Position numbers and translations under genes: made by a program. Of a stretch of 64,000 nucleotides of DNA, positions 63,101-64,000 are shown piece after piece. Under the pieces are notes generated by a model that had not been told where the DNA came from, searched no databases, and worked only from the letters and a program-made list of their open reading frames with translations. Each line of letters starts with the position of its first letter. Position 1 is the stretch's first letter. Source of the DNA: Squalus acanthias (Eukaryota); the NCBI GenBank assembly GCA_030390025.1, contig CM059431.1, positions 95,296,001 through 95,360,000 on the forward strand, given 5' to 3'.

Positions 63101-64000
63101 ATGCAGTGTGGGAGATCCTGGGGGTGGGATATGTTACTGTACGAATACAGTTTGGGAGATCCTGAAGCTGTGATATTGTGCTCTATGAATACAGTTTGGG
63201 AGATCCTGGGGGTGTGATATGGTGCTGTACGAAGGCAGTTTGTGAGAACTTGTGGATGTGATATGGTGCTGTATGAATGCAATTTGGGAGATCCTGGGGG
63301 TGTGATATTGTGCTGTATTTATACAGTTTGGAAGATCCTGGGGGTGTGATATGGTGCTGTACGAATGCAGTTTGGGAGATCCTGGGGGTGTGATATGGTG
63401 CTGTATGAATGTAGTTTGGGAGATCCTGGGGTGTGATACGGTGCTGTATGAATGCATTTGGGAGATCCTGGGGTGTGATATGGTGCTGTACGAATGCAGT
63501 TTGGGAGATCCTGGGGGTGGGATATGTTACTGTACGAATACAGTTTGGGAGATCCTGAAGCTGTGATATTGTGCTCTATGAATACAGTTTGGGAGATCCT
63601 GGGGGTGTGATATGGTGCTGTATGAATGCAGTTTGGGAGATCCTGGGGCTGTGATATGGTGCTGTATGAATGCAGTTTGGGAGATCCTGGGGTGTGATAT
63701 GGTGCTGTACGAAGGCAGTTTGTGAGAACTTGTGGATGTGATATGGTGCTGTATGAATGCAGTTTGGGAGATCCTGGGGGTGTGATATTGTGCTGTATTT
63801 ATACAGTTTGGAAGATCCTGGGGGTGTGATATGGTGCTATACGAATGCAGTTTGGGAGATCCTGGGGGTGTGATATGCTGCTGTATGAATACAGTTTGGG
63901 AGATCCTGCAGGTGTGACATGGTGCTGTATGAATACAGTTTGGGAGATCCTGGGGTGTGATATGGTGCTGTACGAATGCAGTTTAGAGTTCCTGGGGGTC
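42174..64000. repeat. 44-bp satellite (TTTGGGAGATCCTGGGGGTGTGATATGGTGCTGTATGAATACAG)n, >21 kb, continues past the window
   Basis: Direct 44-bp periodicity (e.g. 42911, 42955); degenerate edge at 42174-42870. Confidence 0.98.
43147..43346. other. Assembly gap (200 N)
   Basis: Run of N. Confidence 0.99.

Noticed and set aside
42902..63566. Long His/Pro/Ser-rich ORFs (up to 553 aa) in the satellite
   Set aside because: The 44-bp unit lacks minus-strand stops, so three monomers yield a 44-aa repeat; frequent 1-bp indels; no coding signal.

Overview
Eukaryotic, TE-saturated DNA with no confidently identifiable host gene. The repeat mix (CR1, L2, Deu-type tRNA SINE, Penelope-like elements, spliced Harbinger transposons) suggests a cartilaginous fish; this is an inference. 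Bases 1-42170 are a nested mosaic of CR1 LINEs, at least four PIF/Harbinger elements (DDE transposase and a spliced Myb/SANT-like gene in convergent orientation), several Harbinger-type MITEs with 3-bp TSDs, one Penelope-like RT/GIY-YIG element, Penelope-derived palindromic elements and three minisatellites. From 42174 to the window end is a 44-bp satellite with kb-scale higher-order repeats and a 200-N gap. Most notable observations: (1) two distinct minimal hammerhead ribozyme motifs in Penelope-type termini; (2) the satellite monomer appears derived from the L2-type 3' tail of the Deu-type SINE; (3) Harbinger MITEs look like bidirectional promoter + splice-donor cassettes with a positionally conserved CRE; (4) a five-level TE nest; (5) a LINE endonuclease ORF that follows a tRNA-derived head directly, with no ORF1.
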